Shown here: positions 24,899 to 44,341 of the stretch, piece by piece | How positions within the stretch are numbered: position 1 is the stretch's first letter | Layout: each line of letters begins with the position of its first letter | Assembly: GCA_965112735.1 (NCBI GenBank) | Contig: OZ218958.1 | Span: 806,001 to 870,000 of the forward strand | Reading direction: 5' to 3' | Source of the DNA: Phaeosaccion multiseriatum | Lineage: Eukaryota > Protista > Ochrophyta, other classes | DNA length: 64,000 bases | Made by a program: the position numbers and the translations under genes | Notes under the pieces: generated by a model | The model's database searches: none | The model's input: only the letters and a program-made list of their open reading frames with translations | What the model was told of the DNA's origin: nothing

Positions 24899-25007
24899 CC
24901 CTCTATAACCCATTAAGTCAATCAATGCTACCCTCTTTAACCCACCAAGTCAATAAATGCTACCCTCTAGAACCCATTAAGTCAATAAATGCTACCCTCT
25001 AGAACCC
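24899..25007. repeat. 32-bp minisatellite, ~3.4 copies
   Basis: Unit CCCTCTAGAACCCATTAAGTCAATAAATGCTA with a few substitutions. Confidence 0.85.
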
Positions 25008-25288
25008 TGTCTCTGCCTGAGTCCTTGGCCATCGTCACTGCAAAACGGCCGCGCGCACGCACGCACGCGCGCACGCACGCGTCCTTCCTCTTCCCTCTAC
25101 AATGAGAAAAGACGTCCAGCAGCAGCAGTTGGTGATACGAGCAGCAGGAGGGGGGTGGAGGCTCTGCACAGACACTGCACAGCACATTGCCGCATCCCGT
25201 CTTTGTCTATTGACAATCACTCCGTCCGTCCCTCCCTCCCTGCCTCCCTCCCTCGCTCCCTCCCTCCCTCACTCACTCACTCCCTCAC

Positions 25289-27528
25289 TCACTCGCTCCC
25301 CTTCCTCTTGGTTGCACTCCTGAGTGTTCTCCTCCGTGCCGTCACAGGCGTGCTGCTGCGGCCGGACACTCGGCTGCTTGCAGAGGGAGAAGAAGGAGGA
25401 GAAGGAGAAGAAGGAGGGCCTTCTGGTGCCGTCGTTCCGTCCCCTGTCTTGCTGCCGGAGGACGAGGAGGAGGTGGTGCCGGAGAAGGGAAAGCGGAAGG
25501 GCGTGGGCGTGTCCCTTTCATCCATCCGGTCTTCCTCGTCTCGGTACACCACGGGGCACAGCCTACTCTCCATGCCCAAAACCCTCGGTAGCAGAGCACT
25601 GGCGTAGTAGAAAGGGTCGAGGTGCGGTGCCCAGTGTGTCATGGTGGAGAGGACGTAGATGAGGGCGAAGCACAACACCTTTGCATTCGACCGATCGTCG
25701 TCGCCAACTCCATGGCCGAGGAGGGGGAGAAAAGGGCTATTGGGGATGTAGCCCTGTGTGTGTGTGTTCGCGCGTGTGTATTTGTGTGTGTTTTCGTGCG
25801 TGTGTATTTGTGTGTGTGTGTGTGTGTGTTCGCGCGTGTTTATTTGTGTGTGTGTGTGTGTGTGTTTGTGGAAAGAGAAGAGAAGAGGGGGAGAGAGGGG
25901 AGAGAGAAAGAAGGTGAGGTCTGGGTACAGTTGCACTGGGGCGAAGGGGGTATCTGCCGGAAGAGTCGGGAACGAGGGCGGAGACAGAGAGAGGTCCTTG
26001 CTTGCCTCGTGCCATGTGAGTTTGTCAGTGTCCGTGCACACGTGCGTGCGTGCGTACGTGCGTGCGTGCTTACGTGAGGGTTGGTAAGGTAGTAGTAGAC
26101 AACGGTGATGACGAAAGAGGTTTGGAGAGCCAGGGTGGGTCTCCTGAGCACCGGTGGGGTCTGCGTGAAGCCCATTTCCTTGTTGTGGAACTTAAAGGCT
26201 TGCCCGAGAATGCCCCCCCCGCACCCGGCGATGGTACCGCAGCAAAGCGCCAGTACCGCCGAGCCACGAGCCCTAGGGGGGGGGTGGGGAGGTGAGGGGA
26301 ACAACAGCAACACCACAGAACGGCAACGGAAAAAAGGAGAGAATGGGAGATTGAGGAGAAGGACTTGACCTTCGTTTAGGCGGCACCGCAGCAGCCATCC
26401 TTGCCTGCCTGTTCCAACTTTATCCACCTCTTACTCTCAGAAAAAGCTCACACGAGCAGGCGACCAAGCAAGGAAGAGAAAAGAAGGAACAGAAACGCGA
26501 ACAACAGCCATCCATCCGCAAAACCCCCCTACTTCAGTAGTGCTAGACAGCCCCAAAACAGATTAAGACCATGCCCATGAAGAAAACAACTGCCGTTTGC
26601 TGTGTGTTGTGCTGTGTTGTGCTGTGGAGTGTGGCGTCTCTCTTTTAACTCACTCTTGGTGCAGTGCATCGACGGCCTTGTCCACGCCCCAAGAAGTGAT
26701 CGCGTGGGTCAAGGACGCCCAATTAATGGCCTCCATCACGTACACCACAGCAGGCTGTTTGAGCATCACTTGTCGGAACCACAAGTCCGCCGGGCAGTAG
26801 AAGGTCAGCCACCAGGCGGTCAGCATGGCTGGAAAGGCGGTCTTGCTGATGAGCCAGGAAGGGGGCTGGCCGAGCAGAAGCGCAACGCAGGTGGTGCCAC
26901 CTGTGGTGTGGACAACAGACAGACAACGAGGGAACGAGAGGTGGTGGTTGCTGTTCTGGTGTCTGTCTCAGCATTTGGACAAAGACTGACACACATGCAT
27001 GATGAAATGGAGGAGAGAGGGAGCAGGCCTGCATTGATGGGTAGGCATGTACGCACCGAAGCGGAGCAAAGTACATGCGAAGAGAGACTCGAGTGAGCCT
27101 TTGGGGAAGTGCGCTGTCAATCGATACGCGCTGCACGTGAGCAGGGATCCACCGAGGTCGAGGAAGGAGACGGGGGGGACCCAGGCACCCAAGGAGCCCT
27201 GAGAGAGAGAGAGAGAGGGGTGGGGGGTGGGGGGTGGGGGGGGGGGGGTGGGGGGAGGGGGATTTATTTGGCCCATTAGGCCATTGGGGAAGATAGCAGA
27301 CTTCCTGAGCGTGTGAAGGGCATGTAGGAAGCTGGCCGGGACGCTATTGAGAGCACCGCTGAAGCTTCCTGGTATGTAGTGTACGTGAAGACTTACAGGA
27401 ATGTAGACTGTCATGGACTCAACGTGGACGAGCGCTCTTGTCGCATCCTCCCATAGGAAGAAGAGTAAGACGATCCCCCCTGCACTGAACGCCATGCCCA
27501 CATTCATCCACGTTTCGCGCTGGTCCAT
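25289..27528 (-). CDS. Trimeric intracellular cation channel (TRIC/TMEM38-like), ~394 aa
   Basis: Exons 27528-27397, 27198-27057, 26900-26654, 26272-26074, 25753-25289 (1185 nt, phase-consistent). Twin glycine motifs [29 protein letters not shown] and [13 protein letters not shown], with multiple TM helices. Confidence 0.75.
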
Positions 27529-27645
27529 CTTTATCCACTGTGGAGATTTTCGGGCGTTTGTTTTGAATTTGAGGAAGTGGGCGTGTTGGAGGTCCGACTC
27601 ACAGAAACGTACAGAATGTGGGGACAAAGATCGGCGAGAGGGAAA
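27529..27645. promoter_or_regulatory. Putative very compact bidirectional promoter (TRIC / DBP3)
   Basis: Only 117 bp separate the two divergent ATGs, and the spacer is free of microsatellites. Confidence 0.55.
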
Positions 27646-32664
<5,019 letters not shown>

Positions 32665-32760
32665 TACCAATTGAATCAGTCAATGGATGGCAATGGATGG
32701 ATGGAAATAGGACCATTTCAAGAGAGTTTTGGAGTCCCTTTAGGTTAAAAAGGCTTTATC

Positions 32761-32860
32761 TTCTTCAGGGACATCGGCACCGAGAAAACGGCAATCAAGA
32801 TCACCTTCGATGACTCCGACTGAACCAATTGAATCAGTCGATGGACGGCAATGGATGGAT
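32761..32860 (+). repeat. Diverged duplicate of the DBP3 3' end (last ~18 codons, stop and 3' UTR), offset 159 bp
   Basis: Encodes [18 protein letters not shown] versus [18 protein letters not shown]. Both copies are followed by CCAATTGAATCAGTC.ATGGA.GGCAATGGATGG. Confidence 0.9.
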
Positions 32861-33439
32861 GGATGGATGGATGGATAGATGGCAATGGATGGATTGATGG
32901 AAGTGTGACTGAATGAATCGGTCAAATAGGTGTATGGATGGAGGTCATTCTTCGTCAAGTATGCGCTGCTTTGGCTTTGGCTAGCTTTGTTGGGGAGGAG
33001 GAGGATGATGATGATGCGGACTGTGGATTAGTGTAGTGTAATCTGAGAGGAAAGTCTCGGAGGAGGAGGAGGAGGAGGAGGAGGAGGAGGAGGAGGAGGA
33101 GCAGCAGCAGCAGCAGCAGCCGCAACAGCAGCAGCAGGAACGAGAGCAGCAGCAGCAGGAGGAGGAGGAGTGAGGGAGGCGTGGAGGATTTTAAAGCTCC
33201 CCATCTTCCTGCTACACTCCTTCCTTGACAAGGAAAAGCACCCCCAAGCCGAACGATAGAATGGTTGACAATTGTGTTTTGTGGATACGTATCTTGGTGT
33301 ATCTTTCCCCTTACCCATACAAAAGGTCCCTTCACTGTAACTAAGCACGCCAAAACTACATACATTGTTCGAAATTCGTCTCTGCTGCTGCCCCCCGCCT
33401 TCACCCCTTGCCCGGGAAAGAGCAAAGGCAAGGTGGGGT

Positions 33440-33506
33440 CCACTGGCGAGTCACTGGCGACTCACTGGCGAGTCACTGGCGAGTCACTGGCGAGTCACTG
33501 GCGAGT
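33440..33506. repeat. 11-bp tandem repeat (TCACTGGCGAG) x6
   Basis: Directly visible in the DBP3-PreP intergenic region. Confidence 0.9.
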
Positions 33507-33744
33507 GGCATGTTCCTCAACGCGCACGCAAGCACCACGCCCGCACGCACGTGCTGAGTGTTTCTGCTGATTGATTCATGGCGATCCTCTATACCCTTTT
33601 AACCCCCCCCCCCCCCTCCTCCTCTTCCCCTCCCTACGATACCACGCCCATAACAGAGACCAGACCATGATAATGAACCAAGGTGATGTCAGATCCCTCA
33701 AAATCGATGTCGATATATCGATAGTATACATCTGATACATCGAT

Positions 33745-36126
33745 TTAGAGCTCTACAATGTGTATCTGCTCCTTCTCCCCCAGCACCTTATTCGCACTCT
33801 CAAAAGCGCTCTTGCTTCCTATGGTGGCAGTGCCCTTGTCCTTCATGCCGGCCAGACGATCGCCAAACTCATTGAAATCCTTCACCGTGGTGGCCAGCAC
33901 CTCCTCCCGGACACGCATTCTGTCCTCCGCTCTCTGACCCATCAGGTGCTGTCGAAGCGACACAAAGCCCTTCTGATCGGGCGACATGGGTGAATCCAAG
34001 TCACCCACCGTGCCGATGATGTTGCTATCAAGCTCCTCTTGAGACATCTTCAGGCCCTGCAGGTACGTCGCGGTGGCGTCGTACGCATCCAGCGTCTTCT
34101 CCAGGTTAGGATCGCGGTAGGAGAGGAAGCTCATAATGCCCGTCAATCCGCTGAAACGGCAAAAGGCTCCGTAGGCGCCGCCGATGACGCGCACATTGTC
34201 CCACAAGAATCCGGTGCGCAGAGCCCTTCCCACCACGGCTGTGGAGGCGGGAACCTTCTCGTCCACGTCGTAGATACGACCACCGCTACCCACGTAATTG
34301 ACCTGCGTCTGGACGGCGAAGCCCTCGTTCTTCACCTCGTTGAGCTTTGCTACTTCGGCCCAGGTGGGTACGGCGATGGCAGTCTCTTGGACCTTTGCGG
34401 AGGAAGAGACGTCGCCCACACGCCCGACAAAGTCCTCTACAGAGGTTTGGGCGGCACTCAGGACGCTCTCGTCTCCGGTCATGTTGATGATGAAGTTTTC
34501 CTTCTTGAGAAGGGTGGCACGCATCTTCTCCAGCCGCGCCAGAAGGGTGGGCCAGTCCTGTGAGTATCGTTACGTAAGAGTGGATAAGTGTAGCGGGGAG
34601 GGGATGGGAGGGGAGGGGGCAGACGGATATGAGTTTGAGTTCGATGCAAGGGAGAGAGGGGGGGGGGGGTGGGAGTAAGAGGGAGAGGGAGAGGGGTGAG
34701 AGGTGACAAGAACACATCCCAAAACCCACTTTTCATCAATCAGACATCACCTAAACTCTGTTAGCACTCACATTCTCTGCGGTGTGGAGCAAGTCCTTGA
34801 CCGTCTGAATGTGGCTGACGCCGCCCGCAATCTCTCCCATGTACCCCTCCAGAGTGTAGCGAGACTCGAGGCGGCTGCTGGCGAAGCTGTGCCCCGCGCT
34901 GGCCACGCTCGCGTCCATCTGCGCCTTTGAATCCTTGAGCATCTCCACCACTCGCTGTTGGCTATCCAGGTTGGCATCTGTGATGACGTCGTGCATGAGC
35001 CCAAACAGCTCGCCGGCGTTGTCGGACACTGCCTTCCCGCGCACAAAGAGATAGGAGATGAGGGAGGTGGGGTCCACCACCTTACCCCCATTGTACTTTT
35101 GGGTCGTGATGGAGCTGGCAGAGATGCCTCCCGTACGGGCGCCGATCTTGCGCGTCAGCTGCACTCGGTCCATGGTACTCGTACCCGTCTCCAGCAGCAT
35201 GTTTGAGAGCAGCCCCACCAGAGGAAAGTCCTCAATGGGAAGACCCGTCAGGCTCACACCCACATCGGCATACAGGATACCACTCGTGGTCATGGGGTGT
35301 GTCACCACTTCCACCCCGTCCACCATGGTCGTCTCAATGGGAATCTCCTTTCCCTTCTTCTCCAAATCGCCCACACTGAGACTGGGGAGTGTCGCCCTCG
35401 CCTCGGGGGAGTCCTCCTTTGCCTGTGCCTGCTTGAGCTCCTTGGTGCTCTCGATGATCTCGAACACCTGCTCCTCGCTCAGCTTGCTCTTGATGCCCTC
35501 CAACTTGCTCTTCTCCGCCTCCTCGATGGCCTCCCCCATCCCCGTATCAGGGACCATCTCCACAGACACGCGGTGCTTGTTGTTGACAAGCAAATCTCGC
35601 ACCATGTCAGTGAAAATTGGCTTCCCCTCGGCCAGCTCTGCCTTCATCTGGCGCAGAGGTTCCTCAAACTTGAGTCCCTCGGTGGGGTTTCCGTCGTACA
35701 CCCACTTGCTCATGGCCCCAAGCATGTAGCTAAGCCCCCTCGGGAAAGAGCCCGTGTTGAACTCGCGCAAGGAGAACTCCATCGAGTTGATGCACGCGTC
35801 AATGGCATCCTGGTTAGAGGAGTATGGGGAGTGAGGCATGCAGGCATATGGGGAGGAAGGGAGGGGCATCAGGCGAGAGGGTGGGGGGAGGGAGGGACCG
35901 AGACGGGGGGGGGGAGGGCGTTTAGACACTCAGGCTCAGAAAGAGAAGGGAGGCACACATGTGGGAAGGAAAGAAGGGAAGGAAGAACAGCGTGCTTTTC
36001 CTGACTCCCCGACCGCACACGCCAACGCAAAAACACACACACACACCCGCACAGCCACACATATACACCCACACACACGCACCCACCACCCACCCACACA
36101 CACACACACACCCCACAAGCACCCAT

Positions 36127-36163
<37 letters not shown>

Positions 36164-39138
36164 GCACTTGTTGTCCACGTATCGTACCTGCTCGAAGCCG
36201 TCCTCGAGCACCTTGTTGAGCGTGTCGAAGATGAGCTTCTCCACCTTGGGCACGTCAGCGGGGGCCACGCCCTTCAGGCCCATGCTGAATGTCGCCTGGT
36301 AAGAGAAGCACAGAAGGGGGGGTATCAGGAGGATTAAGAAAGGATTAGATGGGGAGGGGTATCGTAGATGGGTTGGGCGTGTGTGGGTAGGAAGGGTACT
36401 TATGGCTACTTTGGGTGGCGGTTACGGAAGGTTTTGAAGGGTGGGGTTGAAGGTGGCCGACAAGTTCACATGGGAGGGAGAGTTGGATGTGTAGGGGTAA
36501 TAGGAGGGGTAGAGTAAGGGGTAGGGTAAGCATACGTATGGCTACCAAGGGTGGCGGTTACGTAAGGTTATGGTGATAGCTGAAGGTCCTCAAGTACACA
36601 GCAAAACAAACACGCAAGCTTACATACACTATTTACATGAGGTTGTCATACACACTCTTACTTAAGGTATCGCACCTGCAGCAGCTCGTCGCTGAGACCT
36701 CCTCCGATGACGCTCTGCCCCAGCCCGCTCTCCGTGAGGGCCTTGGACAGCACCGCGGCGTTGTTGCCCACCAGGAGATCGTCCACGATGTTCAGCACCA
36801 GGGAGTCACGCACAGAGAGCGGCTTGTCGTTGACCAGCCAGTTCACACTGAGCATGTGCTTGTCGGCGCTCTCCTGTGGGTTGGTAGGTTAGGCAGTTGG
36901 TCATTCATTTGATGAAAGGACGTTGCGGGCACAGAAAAAAATGAGAAAGGTTCTGCCCCTCCTCCTCCTCCTCCTCCTCCTCCTCCTCCTCGGCTTTATT
37001 CTCGTCCTCACCTCGTTGGCGGGGAACTTCTCCGTGTATGACCAGGGCTCGTCGACCTTCTTTTGCCACTGCACCTTGGTGGTGGCCTTGTCCACAGAGC
37101 CCTCGAACTGATTCAAGTACTCCTCAAGCAGCTCCAGGCGCTGCGTGTGTGTGTGTGTGTGTGCGTGGCACAAAGAGAGAGAGAGAACGCAAGACGTAAG
37201 ATATGATTACGTAAGTCATTATAGTCTCAGTATGACCCAACCTACGGCGCGCCCCTTCTCCCCTCTCCTCTCCCCTGCCGTCCACCTCCCCCCCCCCCCC
37301 CCCTTCCCTTGTACCACCCCACTCTCTCTCCCTTTGAATCGCACCACCTCAGCTGCCATCCCCACCCATTTCCCTCTCCCCTGCCACTGCTACTCCTCCC
37401 CTCCCCTCCCCGAACTACCTCCCTCCCTCCCTCCCTCCCTCCCTCCCGAAGTACCTCACCTTGGTCGGGTCGTCGTCCCCGTAGAAGTACACCCTCGCGT
37501 TGCCGGGGTGGTAATACTTGGCGTGGAAGCCCTGCGGCGGGGACGAAAGGAGGGGGGGTGAGATAGGAGGCAGGAAGGATGGATGAGAGGAGAGGGGAAG
37601 GGAAAGGGAAGAACGAGGAGAGAGAGAGAGAGAAAATTTATTTCTCAATTTGCTACTGTACTGGACTTGCCTTGAAGTAGTCAAAGGTGAGGTCGGGAAT
37701 GGCCAGGGGGTCTCCTCCGCTGTCCACTCCGTACGTGTTGTCGGGGAAGAGAGCCTGCTGACAGGCACGGTTGTGTCTGCTGTCGGGGGAGGAGTAAACA
37801 CCCTTCATCTCGTTGAACACCACTCCCTTATACGTGAGTGGCTCCTCGGGGTTCTGAGGTAGGTTGTGGGGGTGCAATGAATGAGGGAGGGAGGGAGGGA
37901 GGGAGGGAGGGAGGGAAGGAGGGAGGGAAGGAGGGGAAGCGGGTGAGCTCCAGAGCATTCGACGGTGTGCACGCCGTGATAAATTGAGAAATAATTTGTC
38001 GTTACTTGTACAGCTGACTTACCTCAAGCTCGTAATGCCAGCCCTCCTGCTGAATGACTTGAGGGTCCTTGACGGCCCTGGGGAAGAAAACAGCGTCGAG
38101 GTACACGCTCATGAGGTTGTAGAAGTCCTGTGTATTTTGGCTGGCAACAGGGTAGCACGTCCTGTTGGGAAGGGGGCGAGGGGAGGAGGTGGAGCAGGAG
38201 GCGGCGGAGAGGGAGGGATGGAGAGAGGGAGGAACAGAGAAAAGGGCAGAGAAGGGTGGAGAGGGAGAGATGGGAGAGATGGGAGAGAGAGAGAGGCAAG
38301 GGCACGAGCAGGGGGGAAACGGGTATGGCGTAAGGAAAGCACGATGGTAAGTGCTGCAAAGGAAGGTTGGAACGAAGCCCCTCTGTCGCTCTTGTCTCAA
38401 ACTGTGTTTGCCTTTTTCTTTCCCCAGCCCTCCCCTCCCCTCCATACAGTAAGTCAATAACCCACAATAACCCCCTCCCCCCTCTGTACCTATCGGGGTA
38501 GGTGAAAGCGTTGAGGAAGGTCTGCAGCGACCCCTTGAGCAGGTCCACAAAGGGCTCCTTGACGGGATACTTCTTCGAGCCGCATAGGACGGAGTGCTCG
38601 AGCACATGGGGCACGCCGGTGCTGTCCTCGGGGGGGGTGCGGAAAGTCACCCCAAACACCTGTATAGAGAGAGATGGAAAGGTTGGTAGGCAGGTAGGTA
38701 CATAGGTAGGTAGGTAGGTAGGTAGGTAGGTAGGCAGGTAGGTGGGTAGGTAGGCAGATGGGTAGGCAGGTGGGCAGGTGGGTAGGTAGGAACGTAGGTA
38801 GGTGGGTAGGCAGGTAGGCAGACAAGTTGCCAGGCAGGGAGGTAGGCAGGTAGGTGGGTAGGCAGGTAAGCAAGTAGGGGAATGTTAGGAAGAGAATTCA
38901 TAGACACACCACCCACCCACCCACCCATCCCCTTTCCTTTCCCCACCAACCTTGTTATCGTCCTCAGCCTGCACGGACAGAATCTCTGCCCCTGTCTTCT
39001 TATGCCTGAGAGGAAGGGAGGCCAATACAATACGGACAGGAGGAGAAGGTAAGAAGAAGCAAAGTTAAGTGAAAAAGAACGTGTACACGGATGGCTCCCA
39101 AACTGAGTAAACACGCGCCCGCCCACCCAGACACACAC

Positions 39139-39188
<50 letters not shown>

Positions 39189-40198
39189 ATACACAAAACA
39201 CATTCACGCACCCACACACACGCATGCGCGGGCGCACACACACGTACACACACACGCATGCACACATACGCACACACACACGCACACACACACGCCCCTA
39301 CCTGTAGAGCGTGTTGGTGGTACCGTACTCAGGCACAAACTCCTCGCTCAGCAGCTCGTAGCTGTCGTGAGTGGCGGAGGGCTTGAGTGAAGGTCCGCTC
39401 TTGGCGACCTTGACAGGGGCGGCTGCGGTGGACATTGATAGGGAGGAGCCCTTGGACCAGCGGCTGGAGCAGGGGAGGACGGGTACATAAAAAGCAGCAC
39501 GCAAGCGGGGAAGACGAGGAGGAGGGGGGGAGTGCAGTGGTAAGAGGCAAGTTTAGGGGAAGTGCGGAGACAAGGGCGAGAGAAGCAGCAGCAGCCCGGA
39601 GAGGATCAACCTACAGAGAGAGAGACACGCGTGCGCCACGCGTAAGCAAGCCATTCGTTGTCGAACACAGTCTTCGAACACCCGCTCCCCTCCATCTCTC
39701 TCCGTCTCGTGCATTGGAGACGCTGCACATCCTGCTTCCCACATGTGCTTTGTCTCTCGACTCCCAACTACGAAGCCATGGGCCCAAGTTGGCAAGCACA
39801 GACGCTCATTGGGCCCACTCCCCCTCTGAAAGAAAGGATTTTCTTTCTTTTCTCATGCCCATCCCTGTACACGTGTCTGCCCAACCTGGACCGTCCCCTT
39901 ATCTGAACAATGAACACAGGCATGTGTCACATGCCTCTGTCTGAGACCCGTCTCTCTCTCACCTAGTGAAAGGGGCCGAAGCCCCGCGTCTGTCTCCCGC
40001 AAATGCAGCCAGAGTGGACCTGGTTGGGCTGCCGCTGTTTGCCGTCACAGCCGCGCCTGCAGCTGCTGTGGCTCGCACGGTCGTGCCGCGCACGCTCCGA
40101 AGCAATGCCGCCGCGGGCAACATGTTGAACGCCTCTGTGCCCTGCGAGATGGCAGCGAGGACAGCTAGCGCTACAGCAAGCTGCTGAATTGCGCCCAT
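33745..40198 (-). CDS. PREP: Presequence protease PreP (M16C pitrilysin-family zinc metalloprotease), plastid-targeted
   Basis: Signal peptide [23 protein letters not shown]|F. Inverted zinc motif [23 protein letters not shown], then [62 protein letters not shown]. About 11 exons, including one GC-AG intron (37670-37532). Confidence 0.95.
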
Positions 40199-40496
40199 CT
40201 ACGCTGATGATCTACCCGCACCGCTGATCCCGCTCCTGCCCCGTCCTGCTACAGCTGTTGCTGTGCTGCTCCTGATATCACTCCCGCTTGTGCTGTTCAA
40301 GCTGCTGCTCCAGTACAGCAGCCTTACTCTTTTTCTTTCGTCTTTATGGAGTCTTGTTGGTGGATATCTGACGGAAAACAAAGGAAGGCAAAGGCCGCGC
40401 CTGACTCACCCCGGGAGAATCAACCATAATCGCCATCTGTGGTGTGTCACCAACACGGCAAGCTTTTTTTTCCCAACTTTTTGTTTTTTTGCCCTA

Positions 40497-41871
40497 ATGG
40501 CGGGGCGCTACAGGAAGCTTCTGACCAGGCATTGGAGACAAGGGGGGAACCAATATCAGGACATTTCCACCTTCTTCCCTCTGCGGCAGCATTCCCACGC
40601 CGCAAGGGGTTTTTCCTCCAAACACGAGCCTGAGACGCCTCCGGACTTGGGCGCAAAGCAGAGTGATGAAGGTGAGAGTAGTAGCAACAGCAGCAGCAAT
40701 AGCAGCAGCGGCGCTGGAAAAGATGCAGTAGACGGCGAAGACATAAACATCGAGTCACACTTCGCGAGGGTCGCCGAAAGGGGAAAGATGATTCTGGACT
40801 ATCCCGAGAGAAGTAGCGAGACCAACAACCCCTTCTCCATCGTTGCCCCCTGGACGGTAAGCACACGCACGCTGACGCCCCCAGCTGAGGGGCTCTGGTT
40901 GGCTGACTGCTGCCTATTCAAAAACCTAAACCTATTGTTTTCCTCCTCACTGCTTATTTTCTTCCCCGTCCCCAAACACCCTCCCCTGCCACGGCGCGCA
41001 CCTATCGAACCGCTCGCGCCCACGCACGGAGCAGCCTCTAATCAACGCGGCAAAGATAAGCGAACGCCGGTTGTATTCCTCGATGCACAGGTGAAGAGCG
41101 TGTGCTTGGCCTCCCCCCCTCCCTCCTTCCCCTTCTCACGTCCGATCCCTTCTGTTGCCGTTTGCTCTGCTCAAAACACCAGGGAAATCTTTGAAAAGAA
41201 AATAAACGGGCATGTACCAATTCCCTGGCAATTGTATTCCTCGAATGATCGCCTGCACCGCACCTCGGAAGAGCTTAGCGCGTGGGAACGGGTAAGCAGT
41301 GGGAAATGGTCCTTCCTACTTGAAAGGCAAAGGCTGGTTCATGTGAGGGAGGACTCAAGGGTGTGCTGAAGCTAAGCTCTCCCTTACGTAAAGGCAACTC
41401 AATAGTGTGAGTGAATTTATGTCCCCCTTTCGGCCTTCCTCCTCCTCCTCCTCCTCCTCCTCCTCCTCCTCCTCCTCCTCCTCCTCCTCCTCCTCCTCCC
41501 TCCCATGCCATTACATAGCCCTTTGCCTTCAATTCGATTCTGCTCGGCATGCCCGAGGAGGAGTATGAGCATGGGTGTGAGCTGGCCTATGAACGCATCC
41601 GAGGGATTTACAACGGGGAGGAGGTGAGCCTCCTACTGCCTGGAGAGGAGGCAGGAGAGGGACTGCCCCCCCCCCTCCCTTCCCCCCCGCCTTTGCTTCG
41701 TCCTTCCCTTCTTTGTTAGCTTTTCCTTTATGTCTCGTCCTTCCCTTCTTTGTTGGCTTTTCTTTAGTGCAACGTGCCTCGCTTTGTACACTCTTTCCCT
41801 CTCTCCCCGCCCCCCCGCCCTCTTTTTGGTTGCTGTCATCCCTCCCAAGTCGCGCTTTGTCTTACTCCTCC

Positions 41872-41915
<44 letters not shown>

Positions 41916-42589
41916 CCCCCCCCCCCTTCTCCCTCTGTCCTTCTCGCTCTCCCCTGCCTGCCTGCCTTCCTTCCTTCCTTCCTTCCTTCCTTCCTTCCTC
42001 TCTGGCGCTTCCCTTGTTACTATTTTGTACCCTCCCGGACTATTTTAATCCCATGTACACCTCGTTCAGGGATACGATGACCCCTTCAGCGCATGTGGGC
42101 TCCTCAACGCCCAGACCGCAGAAGTTTTGGACGCCCAACTCCGGCACACGAGGGCCCTTGGCTACACCCCTCGAGTAACCGCCACGAGCCCCCCCAAGGC
42201 AAAGGTGTTGGGTTGCGTCATTCTGCCCAAAGATATCGACTTTAACGCTTTCCCCTTCAATCTTTTCGGACCGAAAATGTGAGTTCGTGAAATGGCTACG
42301 TGTGAGTTACGTACCTGGATGCTGGCCTTGCTCTTACTCTTGCTCTTGCTCTTGCCCTCTTTGTGAAGACCCGGGCCCTGCTTGTGTGTGTGTGTGAGAG
42401 AGAGAGTGTGATTGTGTGTATGTGTGTGTGAGAGAGAGAGTGTGTGTGTGAGAGAGAGAGTGAGTGTGTGTGTGAGAGAGAGAGTGAGTGTGTGTGTGTG
42501 AGAGAGAGAGAGTGAGTGTGTGTGTGTGTGCTCTGTCTGTGCCTGAATGAAAGTATGGGAGTCGCTTGGATACGGTATCTCTCTCTCTC

Positions 42590-42623
<34 letters not shown>

Positions 42624-43160
42624 CCTCTCTTCCCCTCTCTCTCTCTCTCTCTCTTTTCGTCTCCTCTCTCTCTCCCTCCCTCTCTATTTCTCTCTCTTCT
42701 CTCCCTCTCTCTCTCCGTCTCTCTCTCTCTCTCTTCTATCCCCCCCTCGCTCCCTCTCTCGTCTCTCTCTTCTCTCCCGCCCTCTCTACCTCTTTCTCCC
42801 CTCTGTCCCTCTCTCTCTCTCTCCCTCTCTCCCTCTCTCTCCCTCTTTCTCTCTGTCGTCTCCTCGACTCTTCGTGTTGCGTGCTTGGAACGAAGAATAA
42901 AAGGGTAGAAGGGGGAGTGGGAGTGGCAGAGGACTTGTCGACAGTCACTGCCTTCGATTGAGCCTGGGATGTACCCCGAGTGTAGGAGGAGGGTGATCAA
43001 GCCATCTGCCTATTAAAGTGATTTGCCTGTTTGTAGCCTGTGTGTGAGCACCTACCTACCTTACACCTTATACATCGATTGACGAGGAGGGGGCTGGGCC
43101 CCTACCCCTCCTTTTTAGCACCCCCTGCCGTCTCTCTCTCTTCTGTCTCTCTCTCTTCTG

Positions 43161-43216
<56 letters not shown>

Positions 43217-44304
43217 GCGTGTGTCTTTCTTTTCTGTTTTTGCGGCCCCCGCACTGTCTCTCTCTCTATGTGTGTGTGGATGTGGATTTGTGCGTGTGTG
43301 TGGTGTGTGTGTCTGCCTGTATAGAGCGGTTGACAACGTTCTCCACGCCCTGTGACAAACAATTTATCTTCTCCTTCCACATTACTCCCTTGCCTCCCCT
43401 CTCCCCTGTCCCCTCCCCTGCTCAACCGTTCTCTCTCTCCCCCCTCTCTCCCCCCTCTCTCCCCGTCTCCTCTCCCCGTTTCCCACTTCTCCTCTCCCCG
43501 GCCGCAACGCAATGCGATGCAATTGAACGGAATGTCTGAATGAACGGAATGAAGATTCGGTGTGAGGCTGCAGAACTTTTGGCGGCTCAAGAACGAGCTC
43601 CTACATGGCACGAAGCAAACACTCTGCATATCAGCCAGCGTCGCCATAATGGTAGGGTGGGGTGGCAGTGGATGGCAGTGGATGGGGTGGGGTGGGGTAG
43701 GATGGGATGACAGTTGATGGGATGGCAGTGGATGGGGTGGGGTGGGGTAGGATGGGATGACAGTTGATGGGATGGCAGTGGATGGGGTGGGGGTAGAGTT
43801 GGGTTGAGGGAGGGTGGGGTGGCAGTGGAGGGCAGTGGATGGGGTCGGAGGACGTATTAGATTCATTGAAAGGCCCTTTGGGATTAGACGGGGATGTATT
43901 ACACTGGGAGATGGCAGTGGATGGACACTCTGATCGTACTTTTTTAACACGGTACCGTTCTTTTTATGCAACCCCTCTTCCAACAAATGCAATTATGTAC
44001 GCGTGGGATGGGTCGGTGTAGACCAAGGAGAAGTGTGAGTTCCTGCACACGCCGGAGACCGCTCTTGAGGGTGGGACGACAGCGCGGCCAAAAGGGTCGG
44101 TCGCGACGGGAGAGGAGACAAACGGGGAGGACAAGGAGCAGGAGCAGGGGGGAGAATGGCTCAACCATCACTTGCGGACACCGGCACAAATGGACGTCCT
44201 TGTGGATGCAGTCGCTTCCAGTTATGCGGATGCAGCCTCCAGATATGCCAAAGCGCCAATAGATCAGAAAGAAGAAGCAGCACGTGAAGATGGTAAGGCC
44301 GCTG

Positions 44305-44341
<37 letters not shown>

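Noticed and set aside
24899-25007. 32-bp repeats (also the 74-bp and 11-bp repeats) as a CRISPR-like array
   Set aside because: They are head-to-tail tandem copies without unique spacers, in a eukaryotic context with no cas genes.
32955-33443. 162-aa minus-strand ORF between DBP3 and PreP
   Set aside because: It has a non-ATG start and no recognisable motif, and its length is inflated by (CTC)n/(CTG)n.
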